Shown in pieces: positions 12,744-24,216 of a DNA stretch of 64,000 nucleotides (positions are counted from its first letter, which is position 1; each line of letters starts with the position of its first letter). A program made the translations under genes and the position numbers. Origin of the DNA: Oikopleura dioica (Eukaryota; Animalia; Chordata). Under the pieces are notes generated by a model. That model did not search any database. It worked only from the letters and a program-made list of their open reading frames with translations, and was not told where the DNA came from. The stretch is from positions 5,270,001 through 5,334,000 of the forward strand of contig OU015568.1 of NCBI GenBank assembly GCA_907165135.1, given 5' to 3'.

Positions 12744-14484
12744 ATGGAAAGGCTTCAAAACAACTTTGTTTTTATTCTTGGCGGTTCAAGTGGAATTGGA
12801 AGAGCGATTCTTGAGCATTTTGGGTCAAAACTAGAGTCTTCGACAATCGTTTTTACGTGGAGAAGAAAGTCGGCGTTGGAGAAGATTGACTTTGGCTTTG
12901 TGAGGGGAGGAAATGAGGTTATTCCGGTAGAGCTGGATCTTGGGAAGGAATTCGAGGTGATGGCAGAGTTGGATAAATGGATCGGGAGCTGCAAAAGAGT
13001 GATTTTTGTTGCGTGTGCTTTTGAACTAGGAGCTGGTTTATTGACAGGCTGATATATGTCAATTTATAATTTTTGAGCCAAAAACTCTTACGACTTCTGA
13101 ACCATTGGAAAGGGTATGATCAAAGTGGTGTGAGTGGACTCAATGCTGCTCGAATTTCAAAGTGTAAGATTGAATTTTTAAGTTAGATCATTCTTAAGGG
13201 TGTCCCCAACGATTTTTTTAAAACAGGCTATACTTTGAGCTATTTTTTATAGAACTTCCTGAAGGCTTTTCGGCTAAAAGAAATATACTCATTATTATTT
13301 AGACCCTTTTCTATGCCATAAATTTGGCAGAATTTTGAAATTGTAATCTTTTAATCCCCTACCGCTTCTTCAAAGAGTTCTGATTTTTCTATTCTGACCA
13401 ATCTTTCAGATCGTTTTTCTCGAGTTCTACAAATTCAATTTTTAAATTTCGACCAGATCCTGATTCCTTGAACGCTCTTCTATGCCATAAATTTGACGGA
13501 TTTTTAAAATTTATCTGTATGCATCAGATACGATGCATTCTTTGAAGTAACGATTTTGCTGAAGTTTGACCTCAATTCTAGCGCTGTTCCTGAAATTCAA
13601 TTTGTCTCATTTTTACAGGAATAATAGCTTGATCTATTTTCAATCTCCCGGTACGCTCTGATTTTGCGTTGATAAGACCCTTAATCCCTTTTTCCGGCGC
13701 CAAAGTGCAGGTGTTTGCGACTTTTGGCGCACTGTTTGAAAGTGAAAAATTTGCGCTATCGTATTGATATAGGTATCATTGAATAGAGAATTTTTCAAGC
13801 TCTCAGAAAATATACAGGTCGATATATAAAATCGAAAGTTTGAAAATGACACTTTTTACAGTGCATTTCTATCGAGCCGTAATGCATTAGCGCTGTCATA
13901 GAAACAGTAATATCTCGAGAATCAGATGAGATATTTCAGATCTGAAAAAAGCTCTAGAATAAGCTTCCTTTAATTAACTGAAAAAAATTTGGTCATCAGA
14001 CTAAGATTAGTCGAATCCGATCGTTGGGGACACCCTTAATTTTATCAATTTAGATTTCAACACAAACGTCTCAAATTTCGTCGAAGTCTTCAATGCGATA
14101 AACCGTGCTCGTGGAAGCAAAGATTTCACTGTGTTCAATCTCGGCAGCAGTTTTGGCTACGAAGGCCCTTCATATGCCGCTGCTAATTGGAGCTTACAAT
14201 GCGTCGGAAAGGCTTCTAGGGGTATTTTTCTGCGAGCAGCTCAGCAAGAAAAGGGCGACTTTCGAATTCTGACACTTATGCCTGGCTTGGTCAAAACTGA
14301 AATGCTTCAGGAAGCAAAAGATCTTGGGATGAGTTCACGTGACATTTTTTGATTCTCGAAAAAGATGAAATCAATAATTTTAGATTCAGAAGAAGAAAGT
14401 TCTCCGTCCGAAATCGCCATAAGATCTTTCCAGCTATTGTTCGAAGACACAATAGATGAACCTTACTCTGTTTTTACTAAATAA
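12744..14484 (+). CDS. Short-chain dehydrogenase/reductase (SDR), multi-exon
   Basis: ILGGSSGIGRA (GxxxGxG), ELDL, FNTNV, NLGSS, YAAAN at the YxxxK position, and MPGLVKTEM. Confidence 0.85.
13198..14035. mobile_element. Non-autonomous DNA transposon with TTAA TSD and GG...CC ends (Kolobok-like), in an SDR intron
   Basis: TTAA|GGGTGTCCCCAACGAT ... ATCGTTGGGGACACCC|TTAA; 16-bp perfect TIR. Confidence 0.85.
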
Positions 14485-14537
14485 AAACTATTTTATAAAT
14501 AGATAAAATTTATTCCTTAGTGTGTGTAAGCGGCAGT

Positions 14538-17225
14538 TTATAATAGATTCGGCACTTCGTTGCTTATTCCCTGAAAATTCTCGAAGTTTTCGTTCCAAGC
14601 ATTTTTCTGATGATCTTTTAATCTTCTTGTTCTTCCCTGAGTGCTTTTCAATCTTGGATAAAAAATTAAATGATTCATATTTTTGTTCTCATTTACCTCT
14701 CCTCATCACAATTGAAATCTTTTGAGACGACGTTAGCAAAAGCAGCCGGCATGATTTCGCTGTCCCAAACCTTGTGGACGATGGTCAGGCCTCGGACAGT
14801 ACAGGTGTCGTGGATGGAGAAACCGTTCATGACGCCAGCGCAGATGGTCTCCGATCGAGCCATGTTTTCACTAAAATTATCGATGAAATAATTATTCCTT
14901 CAAAAGAACAAGCCTTTTGCCCATTTTTTCTATCAGCGTCCCGATCCAAACGTCATCCAGCGGCACTACCTGCACCTCCGTCGCCACTTTCGCCAGGTTC
15001 ATCGAAAACTCGCCAGTTGTCAGATATCCAGCGCCGGAAAAATAAAGAGGCCACTTTGGCTTCGGGTAGATTTGATTCGGGATAAAATACTTTGAGGTCG
15101 GTTCTCTGATGACAAGCTCGGGACCTTTTTTGCAGCCAATGGCTTCGATCGATGGTGAGTATTTGATTTTGGAGATTTCGTTGATGAGATTTTGAGGGAC
15201 CAATAAGATATCGTCATCACCTGGAAATTTTCAATAGAAAAAATGGTTCAAGATCGAAGATTCTCTGAGAATGATTATTTTACCTTTGAAGACAAAATCC
15301 GCGGAAGAGCATTTTTCTTTGATAAAACTCAAAAATGCCATGTCCTTGTAGGGCAAATTGTAATGACTTTCTTCAAAATCCAGCACCAACAAATCACCAT
15401 TTTTCGTCATTTCTTCTTTCAAATTAACATTTTCTTTCTGGCCGATGATGAAGACGACTTTGATTTGGAATCCGAGCTTGCTCCAGAGATCGTGGTTTAC
15501 CCATGTTTTTCGAATGGAATTTCGAAAGTTGACGGATTCGGGCATGGATTTTATCCCAAAAAGAATGGATTCGGTCGAGTTGTTAAAATCGCACGCTGAG
15601 GGAGAATGGACGGTAGAAAAGTCGAGCTTTGGGTTGAATTCAAGCAGTTTGTTGATATGCGTAAATTCAGCTAGAAATAGATTCGAATGAGAATAGATTC
15701 CAATTCGAAGAACTCAATTCTAGCGCAAACAGAAACTTACCCCGGTAAAGGCATCTTCCATTTGGCCGCCGAAACCGTTGATCTTTCAAATCTTCATATA
15801 AATTCTCCATTTGAGCAATATTGATCAGATGTTCCCCCTCAAGCTCATCGTTGCATTTCTCCAATTTCAGCATCCAGGAATGTTCTCCGTTTGAGCTCGA
15901 GTAAGAATCGCCGGCGCGAAGCTGAAATTCTCCGTTTTCGCGTGTTATTCCAAAACAGTCCTCCGATTTTATGCATTGCTTTTTGGCTTCTTCGAGAGTT
16001 TTGATACTTTTGCATTTATTTTTTGTGCAGCCCTAGAAGTAAATCAGTTTTTTTGAGTTTATCGATACTATACCGAAATATAAGTGTCCGGATAAAAGTT
16101 CCAATCTTGATCGTTGCCTGTGTCCAAATTGAGAGGGTAGCGGTCAATTCTCTCCGAAAGCTGGTCCAGAGAAGATTGCATATTGGCAACCGCCTTATTG
16201 AGTAAATATTCCTTCTCTTCGTTGAAGTTTGTTGCAGGCGCTAGAAATGGCTTGTCTTATTTTGGGGGTTCGATTAAGGGACCTGGGCGAGCAGCGCGGA
16301 GCCGAACTTCGCGGGCTCTCAGCTTATCTTAGAAGTGAGATTTCTAAGAATATCTTTTTGCAAATCATATCTACAAACATTAAGCTTTCTATACCTACTT
16401 TCAGAATTTCTCTATCATTACCGGTTGATGAACTAGAGAGAAAAAGAGAAGAGCAACTTCAAAAGGCATCAAGTCCTGCGAACTTAACTTTATCTTCCTG
16501 AAAATAGCACCATTGAAAAGCCCGTTAAATTCTGCACAGATTCCACCTAATGCGCAAATACGGGACAGTACCTATTGGCGATAGAGGCTAGATAAACAAG
16601 ATAACTGAGCGCGCGCTCAGCGGGAATCATGTCCCGGAAGGCCAAAATAGCTTCATCAGAGCGTCCTACTGCGCCGCGACCAGCTGAGCGCGCTAAGTAA
16701 CTTTGTATATTTGGCGTTACTTAGCGATAAGTACGTATTTAGCTTTGCGCATTAGGTGGAATCTGTGCAGAATTAAACGGGCTTTTCAATGGTCCTAGTT
16801 TCAGGAAGATAAAATTTGGTTTGCAGGACTTGATGCCTTTTGAAGTTGCTCTTCTCTTTTTCTCTCTAGTTCATCAACCGGTAATGATAGAGAAATTCTG
16901 AAAGTAGGTTTAGAAAGCTGAATGTTTGTTGATATGATTTGCAAAAAGAAATTCTTAAAAATCTCACTTCTAAGATAAGCTGCGAGCCCGTGAAGTTCGG
17001 CTCCGCGCTGCTCGCCCAGGTCCCTTAACATGATGAACCTTGAGTTGTTGAAAATTCAGCCTCGAGGGACAATGATTTTGCAAAAAGAATCACCAGCTAA
17101 AAATATGGAAAATTTCTTTTATTATTTTTCGTTTTATGAAAACATACGAAAAGAAAGCAGCAAAAACTCCCCAGCTTGAAAATATTCATCCTCTTCTCTT
17201 TTCCCAGCTTCCCATATCGCCACAT
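14538..17225 (-). CDS. GT31 family beta-1,3-galactosyl/GlcNAc-transferase, type II membrane protein with an extra Cys-containing luminal module
   Basis: N-terminal TM segment (FCCFLFLVILF), RNSIRKTW, VVFIIG, GDLLVLDFEESHYNLPYK, FVFKGDDD, YFSGAGY and LDDVWIG. Short GT-AG introns keep the frame. Confidence 0.88.
16278..17024. mobile_element. Foldback transposon with ~290-bp inverted arms and TTAA TSD, in intron 2 of the GT31 gene
   Basis: TTAA|GGGACCTGGGCGAGCAGCGCGGAGCCGAAC ... GTTCGGCTCCGCGCTGCTCGCCCAGGTCCC|TTAA. The mirror-image ORFs at 16229(+) and 17031(-) reflect the palindrome. Confidence 0.9.
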
Positions 17226-17726
17226 TTGCGCTTTTTCTCTGTTCTGATTTAACTCGTACTTACGGAAATAAAAAATGTGCCGTAAGCCCGGTTTATTTCA
17301 ATTTTAAAGCTGGGAAACAAAGTTGTTTTTCGCAATTTCCGAGCCGCCACGTTAAGCGAAAACAAAGACGATTTTAAATGCAATCAAAAACAACAAATTT
17401 TTGTTTCTTTGAAAATATATTTTTTGAAAAAATAGAATATAACTTATATTATATATTATATTATATTATATAAGGGTTACAAAAATAGATCAGAAATGGT
17501 CATTCTTCATCTTGAGCTTCTCATCATTTCTGTTTTTCGAGCCATCGATTGACGAATCTTCGTCTGTCGGCCGAAATCAGAATACGCCTTGGTACTTGTC
17601 GTTTTTCTCATTTGGAGCGTGCTCTTTGGAAGGAACTTGTTCAGCTCGTGTCGTTTTCGGAAGATGGCGATGCAGTTCTATTCAAGGGAAATCGATTTGA
17701 AGTGATAAAGATCTTCTTAGAGAAAT

Positions 17727-19630
17727 TTAAAGCAAAGGATATTTTTTTTGAATATCAGTTTCAACTTTTTCCTGACGGTTTAAATAGCGTTGACCAATGA
17801 CGGGAATTTTTTTGAAAATCCAGAACTTGGTGATGCAGAAACCAGCAAGAAGCGAATGGATCAACGGGATCAAAACGAAGAAGGCGAACATAATGACAAT
17901 GCATCCAGCGACATCATTGTTATAAGACCTAAAAAAAAAATAAATAGCCCACGACGCGATTTTAGTAGATAACTTACGCAAGTGCTTGAGGAGGACTGTC
18001 ATTGCCAGCCATTATTCCCCACGTCGATAATGCTCCAGCACACAAGGGGTTGATCAGTCCGTGCATCGTTACTAAAAACAAATAAAAAGATGGTCCATCT
18101 TAGATGGATGGAACAGAGTTGCAAATTTGCTGAGCTGAGTGAGCTGAGCAGTCGCTCAGCTCAGCTCAGTGATTTTGGGAAATGATCTGATCTGCTCAGC
18201 TCAGCTCAGACAATTTTCGCTCAGCTCAGCTCAATTATTTTCGAACATGATCTGTTCTGCTCAGCTCAGCTCAAACAACTATCACTTAGCTCAGCTCAGC
18301 TCAATGATTTGAATACAATTTTACTACCAAAAAACACTAAAAAAATACAGCTCGGCTCAGCTCAATCAGCTCAGCTCTAATAAGGGTCCGCTCAGCTCAG
18401 CTCCGCTCAACTCTCTTAAACAAAAGGTCTGCTCAGCTCCGCTCAATGCCCTCTGAAAAGGCCAGCTCAGCTCAGAAAAATTAATCAAAATTTGCAACTC
18501 TGGGATGGAAAATCATTGGTACCTTGAGTGTCGAACCAAAGCAATTCAACAAGCAAAAATACTGTTGGAGAGTATTCCTTGCTGGCCATCCAGAACGCTG
18601 ACATGCCAAGTGGCCGCATCATGTATCGATATTTACAAATGCCGAACCATCGAGTCCACCACGAGATTGAGATAACAAGTCGAAGCGCCGCCTAACAGAT
18701 CCTTAGTTTGACGCCTAAAACCTGATGCAGGTTTTCTAGGAAGAATGCTGAGCCTCGATCTCACCTGACAGTTGAAGAGAAATGACAAGAACTTGTTGAA
18801 AAATTGCATCCAAGGCCCAAAGCCTTCGACAATCCTTTCTCTGTTGAAATTGACATAAATCGTAATACACGCAGCTAAAGGAAAATTAATTTTTGCATGG
18901 TTACTGTGAAACCAAAGCATCAAAATGCTAAGATAGAAAAAGACTTACCCATAGGGAAATAAGCTCCAAAGAAAGCAGATCTGTTTCCCTCCCAGCCGGC
19001 GGTTGTCAAAGTAAGTGACCAAATGGCAATTGCAACTCGCATGATGATGTAGACACGGTCGTTGGTGATCAAGGTTGATGAGACGAGTTTATGGAAGGTG
19101 AGGAGTCCATATAGGTACTGATTTGAAAATGAGATAACAGCTGTGAGGTAGCACGGCGGATCAAAAGTAGCTTGAGGGGTAGAAGTGATGGTAATCTAGG
19201 TCGTAACCGGGATGGATCTCTTCGGTGCAAGCGTAATTCCAAAAAATATGGCGGCTAAGCATAAATTTAATTTTCCTACTTACGAAGAAGCGAAAGAGAA
19301 AATCAAAATGGCTCGAGAACTCAAACAAGGTCTTTCACTCCCCCCTAGTCTATCTAAGTACCGCGGGTCAAATGATAAATATCAGCATTTTCTGAATATT
19401 TGATGGGTCTTACCCCGAAATTTTGCAATGAATCTCTACTTGTTGACTTACAAAGACACTTTTGTCTTACAAAGTGCTAAAAACAAAGTAGCTAATGTAA
19501 CATAAGTAATGTTATAAAGAATTAAATGAAAATGAAAGTGTATACAAATACTTGTCGGGCATCAGAAAGGCTCTGCGGATCAATGCCCACTTTGTTTTTG
19601 GTTTGAGGAAATTTCGAATCAGCCTGAAGA
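17727..19630 (-). CDS. Multi-exon multipass membrane protein, possibly a divergent 7TM/GPCR-like protein; ends uncertain
   Basis: Spliceable hydrophobic exons: VYIIMRVAIAIWSLTLTTAGW, FPLAACITIYVNF, YSPTVFLLVELLW, VTMHGLINPLCAG and GCIVIMFAFFVLIPLIHSLLAGF. The family was not recognised. Confidence 0.5.
18114..18502. mobile_element. hAT-type MITE with internal (GCTCA)n repeats, intronic
   Basis: 15-bp TIR CAGAGTTGCAAATTT/AAATTTGCAACTCTG and an exact 8-bp TSD GGATGGAA on both sides. Confidence 0.92.
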
Positions 19631-19925
19631 TTGTCAACGAAGGTCAATTCAATTTAAAAGATCCTTTTTTTAATGATCTCCTAGAAATATCCGAGAAATT
19701 TGCCATCAATTAGGCTCTCCAGATGAGCCAATCGTCCAGTTTGAATCAGTCTTATTGCGGATTATAATTTGTACAAACTCATATTCATTGTGTATTTATC
19801 AAAATCTCGTCCATTTTTGTATTTCATCGTCGAAATATATTATCCAAATGTCCAGTTTACGTCAAATTATCTCTCTAAGGGGGGTACCGGATGTTGATTT
19901 TATCTGAGATACAGGGCAGTTTACG

Positions 19926-20530
19926 CTATTGATCCGCCGCACTTGCTCGCATCTGCACGGTCCCGAGACAACGAGGTGATACCACCTGCATATTTGGACT
20001 CCTCACCTTCCAAGACCCCGATGAGACGAAATTAATTGATGGTTCTTGTCCAAGCTTACATTTCTTTTCAGGGCTTCGATTTATGCTTTTTTTCGAAAAA
20101 AATTGAAAAAAAGATCTGAGCCATTCCTGCGAAAATTTCTCGAAACAAGTCATCGGCTCTTCTCCGAGTCGTTTTGAAAGACTGATGTGCTTTCGAACCC
20201 ACCAAGTCATTATGTAGAGAGAAAACGTTATGATTACGAGTGCTATCAAAGCTGAAACCGCTGTTTAGCAGAAAATATAGTGATTGATTAACTTACTTCC
20301 TTGTGCAAGTTTGATGAGTGATGGTATTTTTTCGTCTGTGATTCCCATTTTGTCGACCCAATAATCTGGCACTGTGTAATTTTCCAGCCAGGGGTACTTC
20401 GCAAGATCTTCATCGGAAAAATTTCCCATCTTCGAACGACGGGCCTTTCCGGCTTTCTCAAAAGTTGCGTATTGTAAACTAAAGAAAATATGAAAATTCG
20501 CGGCTTATATACCCCGTCCCAAAACAACTC
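19926..20530 (-). CDS. Possible coding exons of a membrane protein (unresolved)
   Basis: ORF with a hydrophobic stretch IALVIITFSLYIMTWW followed by basic residues, and an upstream ORF ending at a GTAAGT donor. Confidence 0.3.
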
Positions 20531-20984
20531 ACGTGAGCGTTCTAGAGATTTTCAGTCTTGTAAGAGCACAGGTATTTGAGTAGTCGAGAAATCAAAAACA
20601 TGTTCTTTTTTCACTCAAATATCACTCAAATTATTTAAGATTTTGAGATAATTTCTTCGCTAAACAGTAAAAATTTTTCAAACTTTCAGAATGATATTGA
20701 AAAAATGCCTACTGATTAGCGCTTTTTCAATGTTTCATACCTTTTCCAGCGATTATGGACGAACCAAAAGTTTCGGTCCGAAACTGAGTAACCCGTATTT
20801 TTTTTTGCAAAAACACTGATGATTCTAGAGAAGCATTTTTACAGTAGTTATTCTGCATAACATTTCGACTCATTATTTTTTTTCGAATTTAGTTATTTAT
20901 AGTGCAGTTTATTGGACAAGATGACAGTAATTTTAGTTTTTGGCTGATTTGTGAACAAGTAGTCTCTTGGAAAGTCAAAATTTG

Positions 20985-21742
20985 TCATACAAGCTCAGAT
21001 GCGACTAGTTTTTTCTCAATAACTGAAGTAGGAAAACGCCCAAGTCGATCGTCAACAATTCCAACTGCCCAGCCGTCATGTTCTTCTTCGATCAAATGAA
21101 CCACTTCGCCTTGCTTGATCGTCAACTCGTCATCTTTCTTTGCTTCATAATCTTCCACGGCAACAACTAAACATTCCCCGTTTTTTATTTTAATTTTAGC
21201 CAACTTGCCTTTTTTCAACGGAACCAAGTGAGGAGCTGTTTGGGGACCTGGCGTTGGTTGCTTTGCTTTTTGCTTCTTCTTGTCGGGCTTCATGTTGCAG
21301 AGAAAAGAAGACAGAATGCTCGCTAGAATGCAGAAAATAATGAATGGGCCGCTAGAGTCTGAATCAGGAATGAATATCATTCCCCTAGCCATTTTCCTCT
21401 CTTTTTGTATGTAAAGAGAAGAGGTTGAGATGCAGTTTAATAACCGTGCGACCGGGTGGGCTTTTGATAAGAAAAAGTGAGAATGAGTTTATTTTCCTTT
21501 GATTCTCATCCCGAATTTATGCAACGTTTGTTACAAATTAACTCTAAAAAAGGAAAATGAATCGTCAAAAAGCACATTGAAAGTCAAATAAATGTGTTCC
21601 TTGAAAAGATAGGTTCTCTTCCTTGATTTCAACTAATTTGCTTGTTCTTTTCTTTCAAAAACAAGTTATTTAATGAGAGCATGAAAATCTCAAACTTACC
21701 TTGAACTGAGTGATTATTTGATGTTGGGCGTGTCGAACTCAT
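20985..21742 (-). CDS. Single-TM SH3-domain protein. Exons 21742-21700 and 21358-20985
   Basis: SH3 signature VAVEDYEAKKDDELTIKQGEVV...GWAVG...LGRFPTSVI. The phase-1 intron is consistent, and the hydrophobic stretch FIIFCILASILSSFLC precedes a Lys-rich stop-transfer. Confidence 0.8.
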
Positions 21743-21837
21743 AATTCTGGTACCACCTTCTGTAAATATCTCTGTAAATAGCGCGGCTTCAATCTCGTGA
21801 TTTACTTTCCCGGTAAATTTGTGATAAAAAAGTTAAA

Positions 21838-23548
21838 ATGAAGTTAAAAATTTTTCAAAAAAGAGCTTTTATCCTCATTCTCGGTTTTTACCTCATCGGC
21901 AGTGCTTTTGAGGCGTACAGTTTGAGAGCATTAAATTGGGTCAACTTGGAAATTCCGATTGAAAATGTGGATGATCGGGGCGCGTCGCTGCTGCTTTATG
22001 GTGGATTGTATGAGATTTGTTTGAAATCAACGATGATAACGAAGAATTCTGCTGCACATGGGCTGAAACAGAGACTCAGAGAGCTGAAACACAAGCTTCA
22101 AGGTTTGACGAAACAAATTTTATTAGAAATTTTCCGTTTTTCGAGCCAATTTTTCATCGTTTAGGCATCAATGACCTCCGCCCAACGACAACAACAACGA
22201 CCACTACTACAACTCGAACCACAACAACGCGACCAACAATTACTTTACCGACCCTGTCCTCGTCAACCCAATCAACGAGCCGAACTCTCCCTATCTCGCC
22301 GACTTTACCTGCCGAAAAAGCGCCAACTTTACCTCCCCTCCCCGATTTCGAAACCATCATCGACAATTTCATCGACTCCAATTTTCCAGTAAACGAAACT
22401 GACACAATCGAATTCGACTACTGCTCCTCGTGGTATGGTATTCTTGGCTATGGTGTTCCGATTCCGATAAGATTTTCGCACAAATTCGCGGTTCTCGGAT
22501 TGTTGACTGATGGGTTGCTTTTCCTAAGCGCTGTTTACTATGGAATGTCTACGATTGTTTACGAACTTATGTTTTTCTCTACCGTCTTGTCTGTTACCAA
22601 GCTTCTGGGACTCATTGGTAAGCAAGGATTAAAAAAAACATCAAGACAAAGCTTTAAGGATCCATCCCTGTAATGCTCGATGTCTCCTGTAATTGCTACA
22701 GTATGATCGGTTCTGAAGGGTGGATAGAAGTAACTGGGGTTGTCACAAAACTCGGCTGCGTGATCGCTCTTCTTTTTCAAGCAAAAGGCCTTCCTTCTCT
22801 CATCAATCTTTGGGAGCATCAGAGAATCATCGAAAACTGTATTTCTATCATTATTTCTGGTAAATTTATCCCTCACCGAAATCCAGACAAACTCATTTTT
22901 AGCCTTGACGCTGTACTCGCTAATAAGCCCAACTCTTTTCGATTCAAGAGGTTATATCTCTGGTTTTGCCACTGAAAAATGGTATGGCATCTGGAAAATC
23001 TGCACCGGAACCGCTTATGACTCATCGGAAAGGTGTACAACCTGGGATGAAGCGTCTCCCGGTCTTTGGGATCCGAGCTCTTACTGGCTTCGCCCTCGAC
23101 CTATTGGATTTAGTAAGCTTTCTTTTGAGTAAAAAAGCGCTAGTTTTGACTCAGATTATATCGCCCTTGTTAACATCATCGTCTCAATATTTGGGATCCT
23201 GTTTTGCTTCCTCGATTCTCCCAAACTCCGGCGAATCGGAATCATGTTTACAGCGCTAGCCACATTTTGCCTCGTAACAATAGCAGTTTATGTCATTGAA
23301 GGAGTGCCCATCCTCACAGTTCCAGTGTTAAAATACGGACCGAGTTTCAAAGGATACTATGGTTCTGCTTGGTACTCTTTAGCTGCTGCAGCAGGTTGAA
23401 AATTTCTTATCAATTCGAGTCAAATTTTCTTTTAGGATTTGGCGCAATAAACTGGCTAGCGAATTCTGTTTGCATTTTTTCAACAAAAGAAGAAAACCAA
23501 GAAGAAAACGAAAAACTCAAAGATGAGAAAAATTTTATAAAAATTTAG
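21838..23548 (+). CDS. Tandem (two-unit) claudin/PMP22-like membrane protein with a Thr/Pro-rich insert; one apparent 1-nt slip at ~22021
   Basis: Two GLW-x-x-C-like motifs (GGLYEIC and YGIWKIC) each follow a TM segment. Exons splice in frame through both units to IKI*. Confidence 0.65.
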
Positions 23549-24004
23549 TTTTTATTATTGTAAATAAAAAACTTGAAAAAAATTGTCTACTCAACTTTTT
23601 TTTTCTAAAAGTGAAAATTTGAACCTCTTTTCGACCAAAATCGCCCTCGACCGCGTTTTTTTTCCAACCAAAATCGTGCTGTAGAGCCCTTCCAAGAAAG
23701 CCATCGATAGTTAGCTCAGCATAAGAGCCAAGTTAATCCCTTTACATAGCGTCGCTAATGCGCCTCTAATTCTGCTGCTTTTTCGTGAGGGCGGAAACTC
23801 AACCCTCCGCAGCGCGACTGATGTTACTGGGCGGGAGACGGTCTTTTGACAAAAAACAACATCCGATCCTTTTCTGACCTCATGTATATTTTGCAAAAAA
23901 TAATCACCGCGTCAAGTGAACGAAAAGGGTTAAAGTGGAAGTCATGATTTCCGTCAATTTTCGGACATTTTTCGTAGAAAATTTTTTTGCGGAATAAGGG
24001 GGCT

Positions 24005-24216
24005 GACGACGGGTTTCATTCTTTATAAAGAATGATTCTTTTTCGCAAAGAATGAAAACCGTTTATTTCTAGAGCTTAAGTCTTCTAGAGCAGCATTTAT
24101 CAAAACAAAAAAGAATCATTCTTTTTGGAGCCACCCGAAAAAGAATGATTCTTTATTTTCAAAGAATGATTCTTTTTCTAAAGAATGATTCTTTATAAAG
24201 AATGAAACCCGTCGTC
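24005..24216. mobile_element. MITE-like inverted-repeat element built from AAGAATGATTCTT repeats
   Basis: GACGACGGGTTTCATTCTTTATAAAGAAT ... ATTCTTTATAAAGAATGAAACCCGTCGTC; embedded in short GAATAAGGG repeats (23985-24350). Confidence 0.75.

Noticed and set aside
13198-14035. piggyBac assignment for the TTAA elements
   Set aside because: piggyBac ends read CCC...GGG inside TTAA, whereas these read GG...CC.
16229-17031. Pair of near-identical ORFs on opposite strands
   Set aside because: They are the two arms of a foldback transposon inside an intron.
19089-20012. 17-nt inverted match GGACTCCTCACCTTCCA (~19089-19105 versus ~19996-20012)
   Set aside because: No extension on either side, and one such match in 64 kb is plausible by chance.
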